Source: Chthoniobacterales bacterium (GTDB lineage: Bacteria > Verrucomicrobiota > Verrucomicrobiia > Chthoniobacterales > JAATET01). Taken from it: a stretch of DNA of 64,000 nt. The stretch lies in assembly GCA_036569045.1 (NCBI GenBank), contig DATCRI010000009.1:48464-112463 (forward strand). The letters run 5' to 3'. Shown here piece by piece: positions 9,471 through 19,522 of the stretch (its first letter is position 1; the number at the start of each line of letters is the position of its first letter). A program made the position numbers and the translations under genes. The notes beneath the pieces are model-generated. The model had not been told where the DNA came from. It was given only the letters and a program-made list of their open reading frames with translations, and did not search any database.

Positions 9471-10967
9471 ATGAAAGAGGATGTCCGCGTGAAGAGTTCC
9501 TGTGATGAGGTGGCGGTTTTGAGGAGGTTTCGACGTAGTCGCGACGGCAGAGGGGAAGACTTTCTGTTGGTTGCCTTGGTGGGAGGCTATCTTGCAATTT
9601 TTTTCCTTTCTCAGGTCCTCGCATATTGGATTCGTTTCCAATCCGTGGTGCTTCGGTGGATCCCTTTCGACGGCACGATTTTCGTGCAGATGCAGGGGGA
9701 CTTGCCTTCCTATGTCCCCCATTTCCAATTAGGACTTATATTTTTCGTCGTTTCTGGAATTTATTTTGGAATCTTTGAAAGGTCGATGCTGTTGAAGCGG
9801 GGACGGGTTGTCATCGACCTTCTGTCGACGATGATTGTGTGGGCCTGCTTTTATCTTTTGCTAAGCCTTTTTTTCCGAGTTGATCCGCTGATTTCCCGGT
9901 TCTATTGCGTCTTGGTTGCGTTACTGTCTGTTCCCCTTCTGTTTCTCTGGCATCGGCTGATCATAACGATCGTCTGGAGAACCTCCCTGGGGAACTCTTT
10001 GCGGAAAAGTGTTCTGGTGATCGGATGGAACGCCGATGTGCAAAAGATCGTGCAACGCATGCGCGAGGATTTCCAAGCTCCTTACCGGATTGTGGGGGCG
10101 GTGGAATTCAATGAACACCACTTCGAAACAGCGCCTCCAATGGAGTTTAATCTGGGATCGGTGGGTGACTTGCGGACCATCGTTCGAAGTTCGAACATCG
10201 ACGCTGTTTTGTTGGCGGACCTGAATCCATCGGTTCAGGACACCACATACCTTGTCAATGTCTGTCACAAGGAGATGGTGACATTCATGGCCATCCCCGC
10301 ATTTTTTGAAGTATTGTTGTCCGGTTTGCGACTTCAGAGTTTGGGAGGGGTGCCGGTCGTGACAATTGGGCGGCTGCCACTGGAACATCTTCCGGCTCGG
10401 ATGATCAAGAGAGTGGTGGATATTGTCGGAGCCTGTGTGGGGCTTCTCTTGGCTGCTCCGATTTGTGTCGTTGTTGGATTTCTAATTTACCGGGAATCGC
10501 CTGGTCCGATTTTCTTTTCGCAGGAGCGTTTTGGTCGAAGAGGGCGTCCGTTCAAAATGTATAAGCTACGGAGTATGTGCTTGGATGCGGATAAGACCGA
10601 TCACCTTAGCCAGTCCACCGCCGTTGGAGACGCGAGAATGCTGAAAGTTGGAGCGGTGATTCGACGCTGGAATATCGATGAGTTGCCTCAATTCTGGAAT
10701 GTGCTCCGTGGGGACATGAGTCTGGTAGGACCGCGTCCGGAGCGGGTATTCCATTCTCTTCAGTTGGAGGACGAGATCACGCACTACAACATTCGCTTGG
10801 CGGTGAAACCGGGGCTGACTGGCTGGGCGGCGGTGAACGGCCTGCGGGGCAATACTGATCTCAATGCCCGGGTGCGATTCGATATCGAATACATCGAGCG
10901 CTGGAGTCTGAGCTTCGATCTTTATATCATGGCGCTGACTTTCGTCAGGAACAGGAACGCGTATTAG
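9471..10967 (+). CDS. Undecaprenyl-phosphate sugar phosphotransferase (WbaP / bacterial sugar transferase family)
   Basis: TM N-terminus plus C-terminal PGPIFFSQERFGRRGRPFKMYKLRSM...DELPQFWNVLRGDMSLVGPRPE, the signature of polyprenyl glycosylphosphotransferases. Confidence 0.85.
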   Translation: MKEDVRVKSSCDEVAVLRRFRRSRDGRGEDFLLVALVGGYLAIFFLSQVLAYWIRFQSVVLRWIPFDGTIFVQMQGDLPSYVPHFQLGLIFFVVSGIYFGIFERSMLLKRGRVVIDLLSTMIVWACFYLLLSLFFRVDPLISRFYCVLVALLSVPLLFLWHRLIITIVWRTSLGNSLRKSVLVIGWNADVQKIVQRMREDFQAPYRIVGAVEFNEHHFETAPPMEFNLGSVGDLRTIVRSSNIDAVLLADLNPSVQDTTYLVNVCHKEMVTFMAIPAFFEVLLSGLRLQSLGGVPVVTIGRLPLEHLPARMIKRVVDIVGACVGLLLAAPICVVVGFLIYRESPGPIFFSQERFGRRGRPFKMYKLRSMCLDADKTDHLSQSTAVGDARMLKVGAVIRRWNIDELPQFWNVLRGDMSLVGPRPERVFHSLQLEDEITHYNIRLAVKPGLTGWAAVNGLRGNTDLNARVRFDIEYIERWSLSFDLYIMALTFVRNRNAY

Positions 10968-11000
10968 GCCGCGGCACGCGGCCTGAAGTTGAAGAAGAAA

Positions 11001-11288
11001 GTTGAAGTTGAAGAGACGCGAGAAGAGCGTCGGACTCCACATTGTCTCTTGCATCCCTTTGATCCCTGTAAACTTTTTAGAAACAAGGATGGAGGGGATG
11101 CAAGGGATGGTCTGAAGAGAGATGAGCCGCGTGGCACGAAGGAATGCGACTGGGATGGAGGAGACGCAGGGCAAGCTCGTGAGCCTTGGCGGCGCAGTTG
11201 AAAAGGAAGAGTTGAAGTTGAAGAGACGCGAAAAGACCGTCGGGCTCCGCATGGTCCCTTGCATCCCTTTGATCCCGGTAAACTTTTT
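11001..11288 (+). repeat. Two copies of a ~78-bp direct repeat (11001-11078 and 11211-11288), each starting GTTGAAGTTGAAGAGACGCG
   Basis: Read by eye: the copies differ at only a few positions and sit 210 bp apart. The region is intergenic, between the WbaP-type gene and the GH gene. The first copy can pair CTTGCATCCC (11048-11057) with GGGATGCAAG (11095-11104). Confidence 0.7.
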
Positions 11289-11363
11289 GAGCAACAAGTC
11301 GGTTTCGAAAAGTGATCGTCCAACTTCTGACGCTCCATCTGATACCTGAACCTGCCCCTGACT

Positions 11364-12719
11364 TTGATCTTCAACTTCCAGCTTCAACGGACGGCCGCGG
11401 CGATCGCCGCGGCTGTCCTGGCCTTCGCGGGCTGCGAACGGCGAGCGACTCCGAAGGAGGAGTTCCTGCTCGGCGTGGCTGCGCCGTGGAGTGCCGAGAC
11501 GATGGCGGCGGCCCGGGTGGCGCAGGCGGACACTTTGCGCGGAGATGTCGCCTGGTCGGGAGTCGAGACGAGCCCCGGGAAGTTCGCGCTGTCCGAAGAG
11601 ATGCGGGCGGTTCCGAGAAAGGCTTCCGGGGAGGGGATCGCCCCTCTCGGAATCCTTGCCTACGGAAATCGCTTCCACGACCGCGGACTTTATCCGTCCA
11701 CGCCGGAGGGGCGCGCCGCATACGCCGACTTTGCGGGATTTGCGGTGGGGCAGTTGAAGGATGCGGTTTCCCTCTGGGAGGTCTGGAACGAATGGAATCT
11801 TGCGATCGGCATGCCGGCGGGAACCGCGCCGGGATCTCCCGAGGAATACGTGGCCTTGCTGCGCGAAACCTACGAAAGGCTGAAACCGGCGTTCCCTTCG
11901 AAGGTTTTTCTCGGCGGCTCGGTGGCGGGCATTGGGCGCAAGGATGACTGGACGCGCCGCGCCTGCGAGGCGGGTTTGCTCCGGCATCTGGATGGATTTT
12001 CGTTCCACCCGTATGTGTATTGGATGTCGCCGGAGCGTCGAGTGCCCGAGCGTGGCCTGCTCGAACTGGTCGGAGAACTCGAGGGCCTGCTTGCGAAATA
12101 TCCCGGCGGCGCGGCCGTGCCGCTGTATGTGACGGAGCTGGGATGGCCGACGCACGACGGAACGGAGGGGGTGACCCTCGACCAGCAGGCAAAGTATCTC
12201 TCCCGGGCCATCCTGTTGCTGCGAGCGGACCCCCGGATTCGCGGGCTGTGGATTTACACCCTGCGAGACGGTGATGGACCATTCACCGATCGGGAAAGCC
12301 ACTTCGGCCTCGAGTTTGCCGATGGCTCGCCGAAGCCGGCGTGGTTTGCGTTCCGGGACACGGCTGCGCTGGTCCGAACGATGCAATCCTGCCGGCGCAT
12401 CGAGTTCGAGGGTTACGAGGACGATCTTGCGGGCGTCGAATTCGTCGATGCCACGGGGCGACGCTCCCTGGCGATCTGGGCGATCGACGAGGGAGCGGTT
12501 CTGCAGGTGGATCTACGCCTGACTGCCCGCCCCTGGCAGTCGGCGATCCGGACGCGAATTCCGGGCCTGGGAGCGGGGCCTCGGCTCCCGATTCGACGCG
12601 ATTCCAAGGACGGAAGCCGTCAGCTTTCGGTGACGGTGAGCGATCGTCCGCAGGTGCTCGAGGACGTCGGCGCTCTTCAAGAGGTCGAGTGGGTGGATAC
12701 CGTGCGGCCGGCGGACTGA
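11364..12719 (+). CDS. Glycoside hydrolase, clan GH-A-like lipoprotein
   Basis: TTG start. Signal peptide with lipobox LAFAGC. LWEVWNEWN matches the NE(P) catalytic-acid motif of (beta/alpha)8 clan-A hydrolases; YVTELGWP is a candidate nucleophile region. Confidence 0.6.
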   Translation: MIFNFQLQRTAAAIAAAVLAFAGCERRATPKEEFLLGVAAPWSAETMAAARVAQADTLRGDVAWSGVETSPGKFALSEEMRAVPRKASGEGIAPLGILAYGNRFHDRGLYPSTPEGRAAYADFAGFAVGQLKDAVSLWEVWNEWNLAIGMPAGTAPGSPEEYVALLRETYERLKPAFPSKVFLGGSVAGIGRKDDWTRRACEAGLLRHLDGFSFHPYVYWMSPERRVPERGLLELVGELEGLLAKYPGGAAVPLYVTELGWPTHDGTEGVTLDQQAKYLSRAILLLRADPRIRGLWIYTLRDGDGPFTDRESHFGLEFADGSPKPAWFAFRDTAALVRTMQSCRRIEFEGYEDDLAGVEFVDATGRRSLAIWAIDEGAVLQVDLRLTARPWQSAIRTRIPGLGAGPRLPIRRDSKDGSRQLSVTVSDRPQVLEDVGALQEVEWVDTVRPAD

Positions 12720-12751
12720 AAGTTTAAGGGGAAAGTTTGAAGTTGAAGCTG

Positions 12752-12778
12752 GCGGAGGATCGTTCCTCCGCTTTTTTT
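12752..12778 (+). terminator. Rho-independent terminator
   Basis: GCGGAGGA-TCG-TTCCTCCGC hairpin followed by T7, 33 nt after the stop at 12719. Confidence 0.65.
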
Positions 12779-12833
12779 GTGCCCGAATGCTTCAACTTAA
12801 ACTCTCAACGTCAACGAGCCGGCCGATGGCCGG

Positions 12834-14282
12834 CTAGAATTGGACGTTGATGCCGGTGCCGAGGAAATTCGAATCGTATTCGTAGGCCGAGATATCAGAA
12901 ATGCGCTGGTTGCGCACGTAGGTCACGTAGACGCTGCAACGCTGCTGCCAGAACAGGTAGCCGACACGCACGTTGAAGACGATGTAGGTGTCGGTGCGGG
13001 CGCCGACTCCCTGGTAGTCGTAAACCTGATAGGAGCCGGTGAGGTCGAGCTGGATGCGGCTCCAGATGCGCTTCTGGTAGGACGCGGAAATGGCGGTCTG
13101 GATGTAGGTTTCCCCGTTCGAGGTGCCTCCCGTCGAAACGTTGCGGGCCAGGTCGAGGGCGATGGAACTGGTGTTGTCGATCGTGTAGGTGGCTCCGAGC
13201 GAGAAAACCGGGCTGGTGAAGTCGCCGTCGTCGGAGGAGTTGCTGTTGCCCTCGGTGCGCTGGATGCCGACCGAGCCCTCGAATTGAAGCTTGTGAGTCG
13301 TGTCGTAGGTGAAGCCAAGATTCACCGACTGGAATGGCTGTTCGCCGCCGCTCTCGAAATACGAAACGCCAGCCGTCGGCCCCAGGGTGAGGCGCAGTTT
13401 CTTGCTGAATTGGTAGCCGAGCGCCGGCGCGATGCTCACGGTGGTCGTCGCGGTATTCGGAATCTCTGGATAGTCCTGATAACTGCCGGCGGCGATCACC
13501 TGCAGGAATGTTTTCGTCGAGAGGGCGTAGCTGGCTTTGATGTTCAGCGAAGTCGTGTTGTATTGCTGACGCCCGATGTCCGTCGGCGTCGGATTTGTCG
13601 TGGTGACGTAGCTGAAGGCGCCATCGAGAACGAGACGGCGAAACGTGTAGCGCCCGGCGATCGTCAAATTCTCGTTCGTCGCGTTCTGCGCGGGATTCTC
13701 CGCAAAAAACAGGAACGACGGCGTGTAGCGCAGATAAAAGTAGTTTTGCTGCTCGCTGAGCGGCACGAGCTGCCGCGGTCGGGGATACTCACCGATGCCG
13801 GCTTCGATCGTCGGGGAGATGGTCGAGACATAGTCGCCGACTTTTGGGAAATTCGTGCCGAAGATGTTGTCGTTGTAGCCGACGTTCAGATCGAGGTCGA
13901 AGCGGAGCTGGAGGGGGCCGACGCGCATCCGCAGGCCCTGCATCTGGAACCACGATGACGTGTCGGAAAAATCCGGCAGGTTCCAGCCCTGGTCGACTGG
14001 CACGCCGAGCGTGCTCTCGTCCGGCTCGAGGATGAAGGGCGGAAGCGGCTTGGGCGGTGGGGTGGGTTCCGGAGTGGGGGTGGCTGTCGTCGTGCTACCG
14101 TCCTCTGCGATAGACGAATCCTCGGCGCGAACGCCGGGCGCGGCGGGAGCGGTCCAGGTCGGTTGCTCGGGAAGTTCCTCTTCCTCCTGGGCGCGCGCAA
14201 GCGTCAGCGTGAGGCCGCCGATCGCGCTTCCCACGAGGAGGACGCGACCGATCGAACGACAGGAACGGGAGGGGACTCGCAA
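12834..14282 (-). CDS. Outer-membrane beta-barrel protein (EPS/PEP-CTERM-associated type, inference)
   Basis: Signal peptide and a Pro/Thr-rich linker. The body has alternating beta-strand-like sequence rich in Y/G/T/N and ends in the OMP-typical C-terminal Phe (...GINVQF). Confidence 0.55.
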   Translation of the reverse strand: MRVPSRSCRSIGRVLLVGSAIGGLTLTLARAQEEEELPEQPTWTAPAAPGVRAEDSSIAEDGSTTTATPTPEPTPPPKPLPPFILEPDESTLGVPVDQGWNLPDFSDTSSWFQMQGLRMRVGPLQLRFDLDLNVGYNDNIFGTNFPKVGDYVSTISPTIEAGIGEYPRPRQLVPLSEQQNYFYLRYTPSFLFFAENPAQNATNENLTIAGRYTFRRLVLDGAFSYVTTTNPTPTDIGRQQYNTTSLNIKASYALSTKTFLQVIAAGSYQDYPEIPNTATTTVSIAPALGYQFSKKLRLTLGPTAGVSYFESGGEQPFQSVNLGFTYDTTHKLQFEGSVGIQRTEGNSNSSDDGDFTSPVFSLGATYTIDNTSSIALDLARNVSTGGTSNGETYIQTAISASYQKRIWSRIQLDLTGSYQVYDYQGVGARTDTYIVFNVRVGYLFWQQRCSVYVTYVRNQRISDISAYEYDSNFLGTGINVQF

Positions 14283-14303
14283 GAGAACCGGAGACGCAAC
14301 GGC

Positions 14304-14957
14304 TTACTTCGTCAGCTGGACGCCCTTGTCGTATTTGATCGCCTTCGACTCGCCGGTCAGCTCGTCGTAGAAGGTCCATTCGCCGTCCATCAGGCCGTCC
14401 TTGTAAACGCCGACGGAGCTGGGCTTGCCGCTCTCGAAAAATTCCTCCCATTTGCCAACCATCGAGCCGTTCTTGAATTCGCCGAAGTTCAGGAGCTGGC
14501 CGTTTTCGGACCAGTAAGTCCAGGCGCCGTCCTCGAGGTCGTTCTTGCGAAAGCCCTCGGAGGTCTTCTGACCATTCTCGGCGAATTCGATCCACCAGCC
14601 GGTGCGCTGGCCATCCGTGACCGTGCCGATCAGCTCCACGACGCCGTTGTCGTAGTGGGAGATCACCGGGCCGGTGAAGGGGGTCTTGGTGCCGGGCACC
14701 AGAAATTTGTCGGCATCCTCGTCGTAATCGAGCGCCCAGAGTTCCTGCGTTTTCGTGGCAGGTTTGGACGCCGCCTCGGCGGCGGGGGCGGGACTCGGTG
14801 TGGCGGAGACGTCGGGGGTTGCCGAAGGCGAAGGAGCGGGCGTCGCGGAGGCGGCCGGGGCAGGCGAAGGAGTGCCGGTGGCATCGGGTTCCGCGGCGGA
14901 GAGGGAGAGAGCTCCGCTGGCGAAGGTCACGAGGCAGAAAAAGAAGGGCGATTTCAT
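14304..14957 (-). CDS. Secreted MORN-variant repeat protein (YwqK-like)
   Basis: ATG at 14957 (MKSPFFFCLVTFASG..., signal peptide). Repeated G-x-W-x-x-(W/Y/F)-x-x-N-G-Q/K units (GWWIEFAENGQK, GAWTYWSENGQL, GKWEEFFESGKP, GEWTFYDELTGE). Confidence 0.6.
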   Translation of the reverse strand: MKSPFFFCLVTFASGALSLSAAEPDATGTPSPAPAASATPAPSPSATPDVSATPSPAPAAEAASKPATKTQELWALDYDEDADKFLVPGTKTPFTGPVISHYDNGVVELIGTVTDGQRTGWWIEFAENGQKTSEGFRKNDLEDGAWTYWSENGQLLNFGEFKNGSMVGKWEEFFESGKPSSVGVYKDGLMDGEWTFYDELTGESKAIKYDKGVQLTK

Positions 14958-15383
14958 CAAAAAAATGGCTGTTTCGGAGGGGCGGCCGGCTCCGGAACCA
15001 CTCTCGTAAGAGCGGGCCTTTCCGGCGTCAACGATAAACGTCCCGCACTCCGCCCGGGCGATGGGAGGAAGGATCGCGAGGAAGTGACTCTGGTCGGGAA
15101 GGCATTCCTGTTCGGAATGCCGGGCGCCTGGCAGAGGGCTCGAGGGGCATTGGGAAGCAAAAGAACCGCAGGGAAAACCTGATCTTTCTGAACTGAGAGG
15201 AGGCCATGGGATGTTCTGCGGGGGCGTGGGCGGCAAAAATGTTGCAAAAACAGAATTGTTGGCCCCGGAGTTGCTGAATCACCCTGCAATCCTGTCTGCG
15301 CCCCGTCGCAGGCAGCTTCGTCGGGAGGGAACTGCCAGGTGAGGTCGCTGTTTCATTCGGGAACCCTAGAAAAACCAAAACAA

Positions 15384-16106
15384 ATGATTAAGAAAGTATT
15401 CGCCGGTTTTGCGCTGGCAGTGGTGCTTGCTGGTTCGGCTGGAGCGCAGATCATCTCACAATGGAACTTTGACCCCAATCCTCCGGCAGATCTTACCGAC
15501 TCCGCGACGATAACCGGAATTGCTGCGAGCATCGGCACTGGAACGGCCTCTGGAGTCCATGCTAGCGCTTTGACGGACTGGACTACTCCTGCTGGAAATG
15601 GGACGAGTGATTCTCTTAGTGCTACAAACTGGGGTGTAGGGGACTATTTTCAATTCACATTGTCGACTACTGGCTTCTCGGGAATTTATGTTGCTTGGTC
15701 TCAGACTGGCAGCAACACCGGCCCAAGAGACTTCAAACTCTCATATAGTTTGGATGGAACGTCGTTTGTCGACGTCAAGTCCTACTCAATTACTAACGAT
15801 GGTTGGAATGGAACAACTTCTTATAAAGCTGCATCCCTGTATTCCGCAGATCTCAGTTCGATCTCCGAACTTAACAACGCGGCGACGGTGTATTTCCGTG
15901 TTATCGACACATCGACTACGGGTATTGGTGGATCGGCGGTCGCTACGGGAGGAACTGGGCGAATTGATCAGTTCACAGTCTCGCAAGGTTTCGTGGACAT
16001 TACAGTCACACCTGTCCCCGAGCCGCATGAGTATGCGTTGGCGGTGGCGGGTCTTCTCGGTTTGGTCATTATCATGCGTCGCCGGAAGGCTGCGCAGGTT
16101 TTCTAA
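15384..16106 (+). CDS. PEP-CTERM sorting-domain protein
   Basis: ATG at 15384 with signal peptide. C-terminus VPEPHEYALAVAGLLGLVIIMRRRK is a PEP motif plus TM plus basic tail. Confidence 0.75.
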   Translation: MIKKVFAGFALAVVLAGSAGAQIISQWNFDPNPPADLTDSATITGIAASIGTGTASGVHASALTDWTTPAGNGTSDSLSATNWGVGDYFQFTLSTTGFSGIYVAWSQTGSNTGPRDFKLSYSLDGTSFVDVKSYSITNDGWNGTTSYKAASLYSADLSSISELNNAATVYFRVIDTSTTGIGGSAVATGGTGRIDQFTVSQGFVDITVTPVPEPHEYALAVAGLLGLVIIMRRRKAAQVF

Positions 16107-16128
16107 GCGGAGTTTAAGGGTCTTCGCT

Positions 16129-16165
16129 GCCCGCTCCGGATTCGTCCGGGGCGGGCTTTTTATTT
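16129..16165 (+). terminator. Rho-independent terminator
   Basis: GCCCGCTCCGGA-TTCG-TCCGGGGCGGGC hairpin followed by TTTTTATTT. Confidence 0.55.
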
Positions 16166-16252
16166 GGTTTTGGAGGGCGCCGTTTCGCTGAGGCGGCGCT
16201 CTTTTCCGCGTTGAAGAGCCGACGCGGCTCTCTCATCATCTTTGGCCGGGAC

Positions 16253-19042
16253 TTATTTTGCGCCTTTGGCCGGCTTCGCGGCGTGCTTTTCCTCGATGGC
16301 GGCCTGGGCGGCGGCGAGGCGGGCGACGGGGACGCGGTAGGGGCTGCAGCTCACGTAGTCGAGGCCGAGGCGGTGGCAGAATTTCACGCTGTCGGGGTCG
16401 CCGCCATGTTCGCCGCAGATGCCCATCTTCAGTTTCGGGCGGGTGGTGCGGCCTTTTTCGACGGCGATTTCCATCAGGCGGCCGACGCCGACGGTGTCGA
16501 GGGTGGCGAAGGGGTTCTTCTTGAAGATTTCCTGCTCGGTGTAGGGCAGGAGGAAGTTCCCCATGTCGTCGCGGCTGATGCCAAGAGCGGTCTGGGTGAG
16601 GTCGTTGGTGCCGAAGCTGAAGAATTCGGCGGTCCGGGCGATTTCGTCGGCGGTGAGCGCACCGCGGGGCACCTCGATCATCGTGCCGACGAGGTAGTCG
16701 AGCTTCACCTTCTTCTCGGCCTGCACGTCCTTCGCGACGCGGTGGACGATTTCCACCTGGAGGTCGAGTTCGCGCCTGAAGCCGACGAGGGGAATCATGA
16801 TCTCGGGATGAACCTTGATCTTCTCCTTCGCGACGATGGCGGCGGCCTCGAAGATGGCGCGGACCTGCATCTCGGTGATCTCGGGGTAGGCGATGCCGAG
16901 GCGGCAGCCGCGGTGGCCGAGCATGGGGTTGAACTCGTGCAGAGTGTGGACGCGGGCCTGGATTTTCGCCACGGGGATGCCGGTCTTCTTCGAGAGGTCG
17001 GCCTGCTGTTCCTTGGTGTGGGGGAGAAACTCGTGCAGCGGGGGATCGAGCAGGCGAATCGTGGCGGGATGGCCCTGTAACGCGCGAAAGATGCCGGCGA
17101 AGTCCTCGCGCTGGTAGGGCAGGAGCTTCGCGAGCGCGGCGCGGCGGTTGCCGACGGTGCTGGCGAGGATCATCTCGCGCATGGCGTCGATCCGATCGCC
17201 CTCGAAGAACATGTGCTCCGTGCGGGTAAGGCCGATGCCGGTGGCGCCGAAGGCAAGGGCGTTCTCGGTCTGTTCGGGGGTGTCGGCATTCGTGCGCACC
17301 TCGAGCCGGGCGGCCTGCGCGCACCATTTCATGAGCTGCTGGAAGCCGCGGAATTTCTCGGTCTTCTGCGCGGCTTTGTTGCCGTTCAGCATGCCGGTGA
17401 TGATTTCGGACGGCGCGGTGGCGAGCTGGCCGGCGTAAATGGTGCCGGTGGTGCCGTCGATGGAGAGGAAGTCGCCCTCGCGGAAGGTTTTTCCCGCAGC
17501 GCTGACGGTTTTTTCCACGTAGTCGATCACCAGCGCGCTGGCGCCGCAGATGCAGACCTTGCCCATCTGCCGGGCGACGAGGGCGGCGTGGGAACTGACC
17601 CCGCCGCGCGCGGTGAGGATGCCCTCGGCGGCGATCATTCCGCGAAGATCCTCGGGCGACGTCTCGTTGCGAACGAGGAGCACCTTTTCGCCGCGCTCGG
17701 CGGCCGCGGCGGCGCGGTCGGCGTTGAGGTAGATTTTGCCGGAGGCGGCGCCGGGGCCGGCGGGCAGGCCGGTCGCGATGGCGGTGGCCTTCTGGAGTTC
17801 GGCGGGATCGAAGATGGGCGCGAGGAGCTGGTCGAGCTGGTCGGCGGGATTGCGCAGGACGGCGGTCTCCCAGTCGATGAGCCCCTCCTTGAACATATCC
17901 ATGGAAAACTTCAGCGCGGCGGCGGCGGTGCGTTTACCATTGCGCGTCTGGAGCATGAAGAGCTTGCCGTCCTGAATGGTGAACTCGATATCCTGCACGT
18001 CCTTGAAATGCTTCTCGAGCGTGGCGCGGACCTTCAGCAGCTCGGCGTAGGCTTTCGGCATGGCGGCCTTCAGACGGGCGACGGGCTCGGGCGTGCGCAC
18101 ACCGGCGACGACGTCCTCGCCCTGCGCGTTGATGAGGAATTCGCCGTAGAATTCATTGGCGCCGTTTGCGGGATTGCGCGTGAAGGCGACGCCGCTGCCG
18201 GATTTGCCGCCGGTGTTGCCGTAGACCATGGCCTGCACGTTGACGGCGGTGCCCCAGTCGCTCGGGATGCCGTATTTGCGACGATAGACGATGGCGCGGT
18301 CGTTCATCCACGAGCCGAAGACGGCGCCGGTCGCGCCGTGGAGCTGCTCCCACGGATCGTTCGGGAAATCCTTCTTCGTGCGCGTGCGGACGAGGCGCTT
18401 GAACCGGCGGACAAGCTCCTGCTGGTCCTCCGCGGTGAGGTCGCTATCGACGACGTCGTGGTGGTAGATCTCGTGCTTGTAGGCCTCGATGACGGTCTCG
18501 AAGGGCTCGTGGTCCTCGCCTTCGCGCTTCTGCACGCCGAGCACGACGTCGCCATACATCTGGATGAATCGGCGGTAGCAATCCCACGCGAAGCGCTCGT
18601 TCTTCGTCGCAGCGGCGAGGGCGACCACGGTCTCGTCGTTGAGGCCGAGGTTGAGGATCGTATCCATCATGCCGGGCATGGAATCCCGCGCGCCGGAGCG
18701 CACGGCGACGAGCAGCGGCAGAGCCTTCGCGTCGCCAAACTTGCAGCCCATGATGCGCTCCATGTTCGCGATGCCCTTCTCGATCTGCGACGGGAGCTCC
18801 GCCGGATAGGCGTGGCCGTGGTCGTAGAAATACGTGCAGACTTCGGTGGTGATCGTGAAGCCGGGAGGCACCGGCAGGCCGATGCGCGTCATTTCCGCGA
18901 GGTTGGCGCCCTTGCCGCCGAGGAGCGGCTTCATCCCGCCGTCGCCGTCGGCTTTGCCCGCCCCCCATTGGTAGACGTATTTGTGGGGTTTCGCGGGCAC
19001 GGCGGAGGCTTTCGCCGTCTTTTTCGAGGGAGATTTGTTCAT
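16253..19042 (-). CDS. ppdK: Pyruvate, phosphate dikinase
   Basis: 929 aa. N-terminal [10 protein letters not shown], central phosphohistidine region [16 protein letters not shown]-terminal PEP-utilising TIM barrel ([11 protein letters not shown]...CGEHGGDP). The full-length architecture is unmistakable. Confidence 0.95.
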   Translation of the reverse strand: MNKSPSKKTAKASAVPAKPHKYVYQWGAGKADGDGGMKPLLGGKGANLAEMTRIGLPVPPGFTITTEVCTYFYDHGHAYPAELPSQIEKGIANMERIMGCKFGDAKALPLLVAVRSGARDSMPGMMDTILNLGLNDETVVALAAATKNERFAWDCYRRFIQMYGDVVLGVQKREGEDHEPFETVIEAYKHEIYHHDVVDSDLTAEDQQELVRRFKRLVRTRTKKDFPNDPWEQLHGATGAVFGSWMNDRAIVYRRKYGIPSDWGTAVNVQAMVYGNTGGKSGSGVAFTRNPANGANEFYGEFLINAQGEDVVAGVRTPEPVARLKAAMPKAYAELLKVRATLEKHFKDVQDIEFTIQDGKLFMLQTRNGKRTAAAALKFSMDMFKEGLIDWETAVLRNPADQLDQLLAPIFDPAELQKATAIATGLPAGPGAASGKIYLNADRAAAAAERGEKVLLVRNETSPEDLRGMIAAEGILTARGGVSSHAALVARQMGKVCICGASALVIDYVEKTVSAAGKTFREGDFLSIDGTTGTIYAGQLATAPSEIITGMLNGNKAAQKTEKFRGFQQLMKWCAQAARLEVRTNADTPEQTENALAFGATGIGLTRTEHMFFEGDRIDAMREMILASTVGNRRAALAKLLPYQREDFAGIFRALQGHPATIRLLDPPLHEFLPHTKEQQADLSKKTGIPVAKIQARVHTLHEFNPMLGHRGCRLGIAYPEITEMQVRAIFEAAAIVAKEKIKVHPEIMIPLVGFRRELDLQVEIVHRVAKDVQAEKKVKLDYLVGTMIEVPRGALTADEIARTAEFFSFGTNDLTQTALGISRDDMGNFLLPYTEQEIFKKNPFATLDTVGVGRLMEIAVEKGRTTRPKLKMGICGEHGGDPDSVKFCHRLGLDYVSCSPYRVPVARLAAAQAAIEEKHAAKPAKGAK

Positions 19043-19219
19043 GGGGCTGGGAGGGAGGCGGAGCCGTCAGCATACCATGCAAGGACGGGAAGTTAAAGCA
19101 CGCAGGAGCGGGCGTGGATCTGTTCCGACAGATCGCGGGCGGTCCGCGGAACGGACGGGCGTGAAAGCAGAACGGCCCGCAAAATTGCGGGCCGGGAGAA
19201 AGGCGGAAGAGGACTCGCC

Positions 19220-19435
19220 TCAGGCGGGCTGGGACTCGATGGAGGCCGCGCTGGCGACATCGTCGAAGTGGCGGACGAATTCCGCGAGGCCCGTGCTCGG
19301 AATGATGATGGAGTTCCGGCGACCGTGCGCTTCCTCGGTGATGCGGACAAATTTTCCGCGGTCGTTTTCGCGGTATTCGATGAAGAAGTGCTTGCGCTCG
19401 ACCTGCAGGTCACGGGCCAGGATGATATTGTCCAT
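19220..19435 (-). CDS. Small PUR-alpha-like ssDNA/RNA-binding protein (DUF3276-like)
   Basis: 71 aa. VERKHFFIEYRENDRGKFVRITEE...RNSIIIPSTGLAEFVRHF resembles a single PUR repeat. Recognised from memory of the family only. Confidence 0.45.
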   Translation of the reverse strand: MDNIILARDLQVERKHFFIEYRENDRGKFVRITEEAHGRRNSIIIPSTGLAEFVRHFDDVASAASIESQPA

Positions 19436-19522
19436 TCCTTTTTGAGTTACAACTTATTGGCAGTGGGATTTCCAAATATCGCGAGGCTTTCCCTCGTCAC
19501 AAGGGGAAATCTTCCGGCTAGG

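Noticed and set aside
10566-12386. 606-aa minus-strand ORF spanning the WbaP-type gene end, the repeat region and the GH gene
   Set aside because: It overlaps two well-supported plus-strand genes and a non-coding repeat. The Arg/Pro-rich shadow translation simply mirrors the 78-bp DNA repeat (FTGIKGMQ... appears twice).
10980-12820. Possibility that the GTTGAAGTTGAAG-type repeats form a CRISPR array
   Set aside because: There are only two long copies 210 bp apart, plus scattered short motifs. There is no regular repeat-spacer periodicity and no cas genes in the window.
17213-19096. 627-aa ORF on the plus strand (also 16211..17080 and 16236..17327 in other frames)
   Set aside because: It is antisense to, or out of frame with, the unmistakable ppdK gene. 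The translation is Gly/Ala/Arg/Glu low-complexity, typical of shadow ORFs in high-GC DNA.
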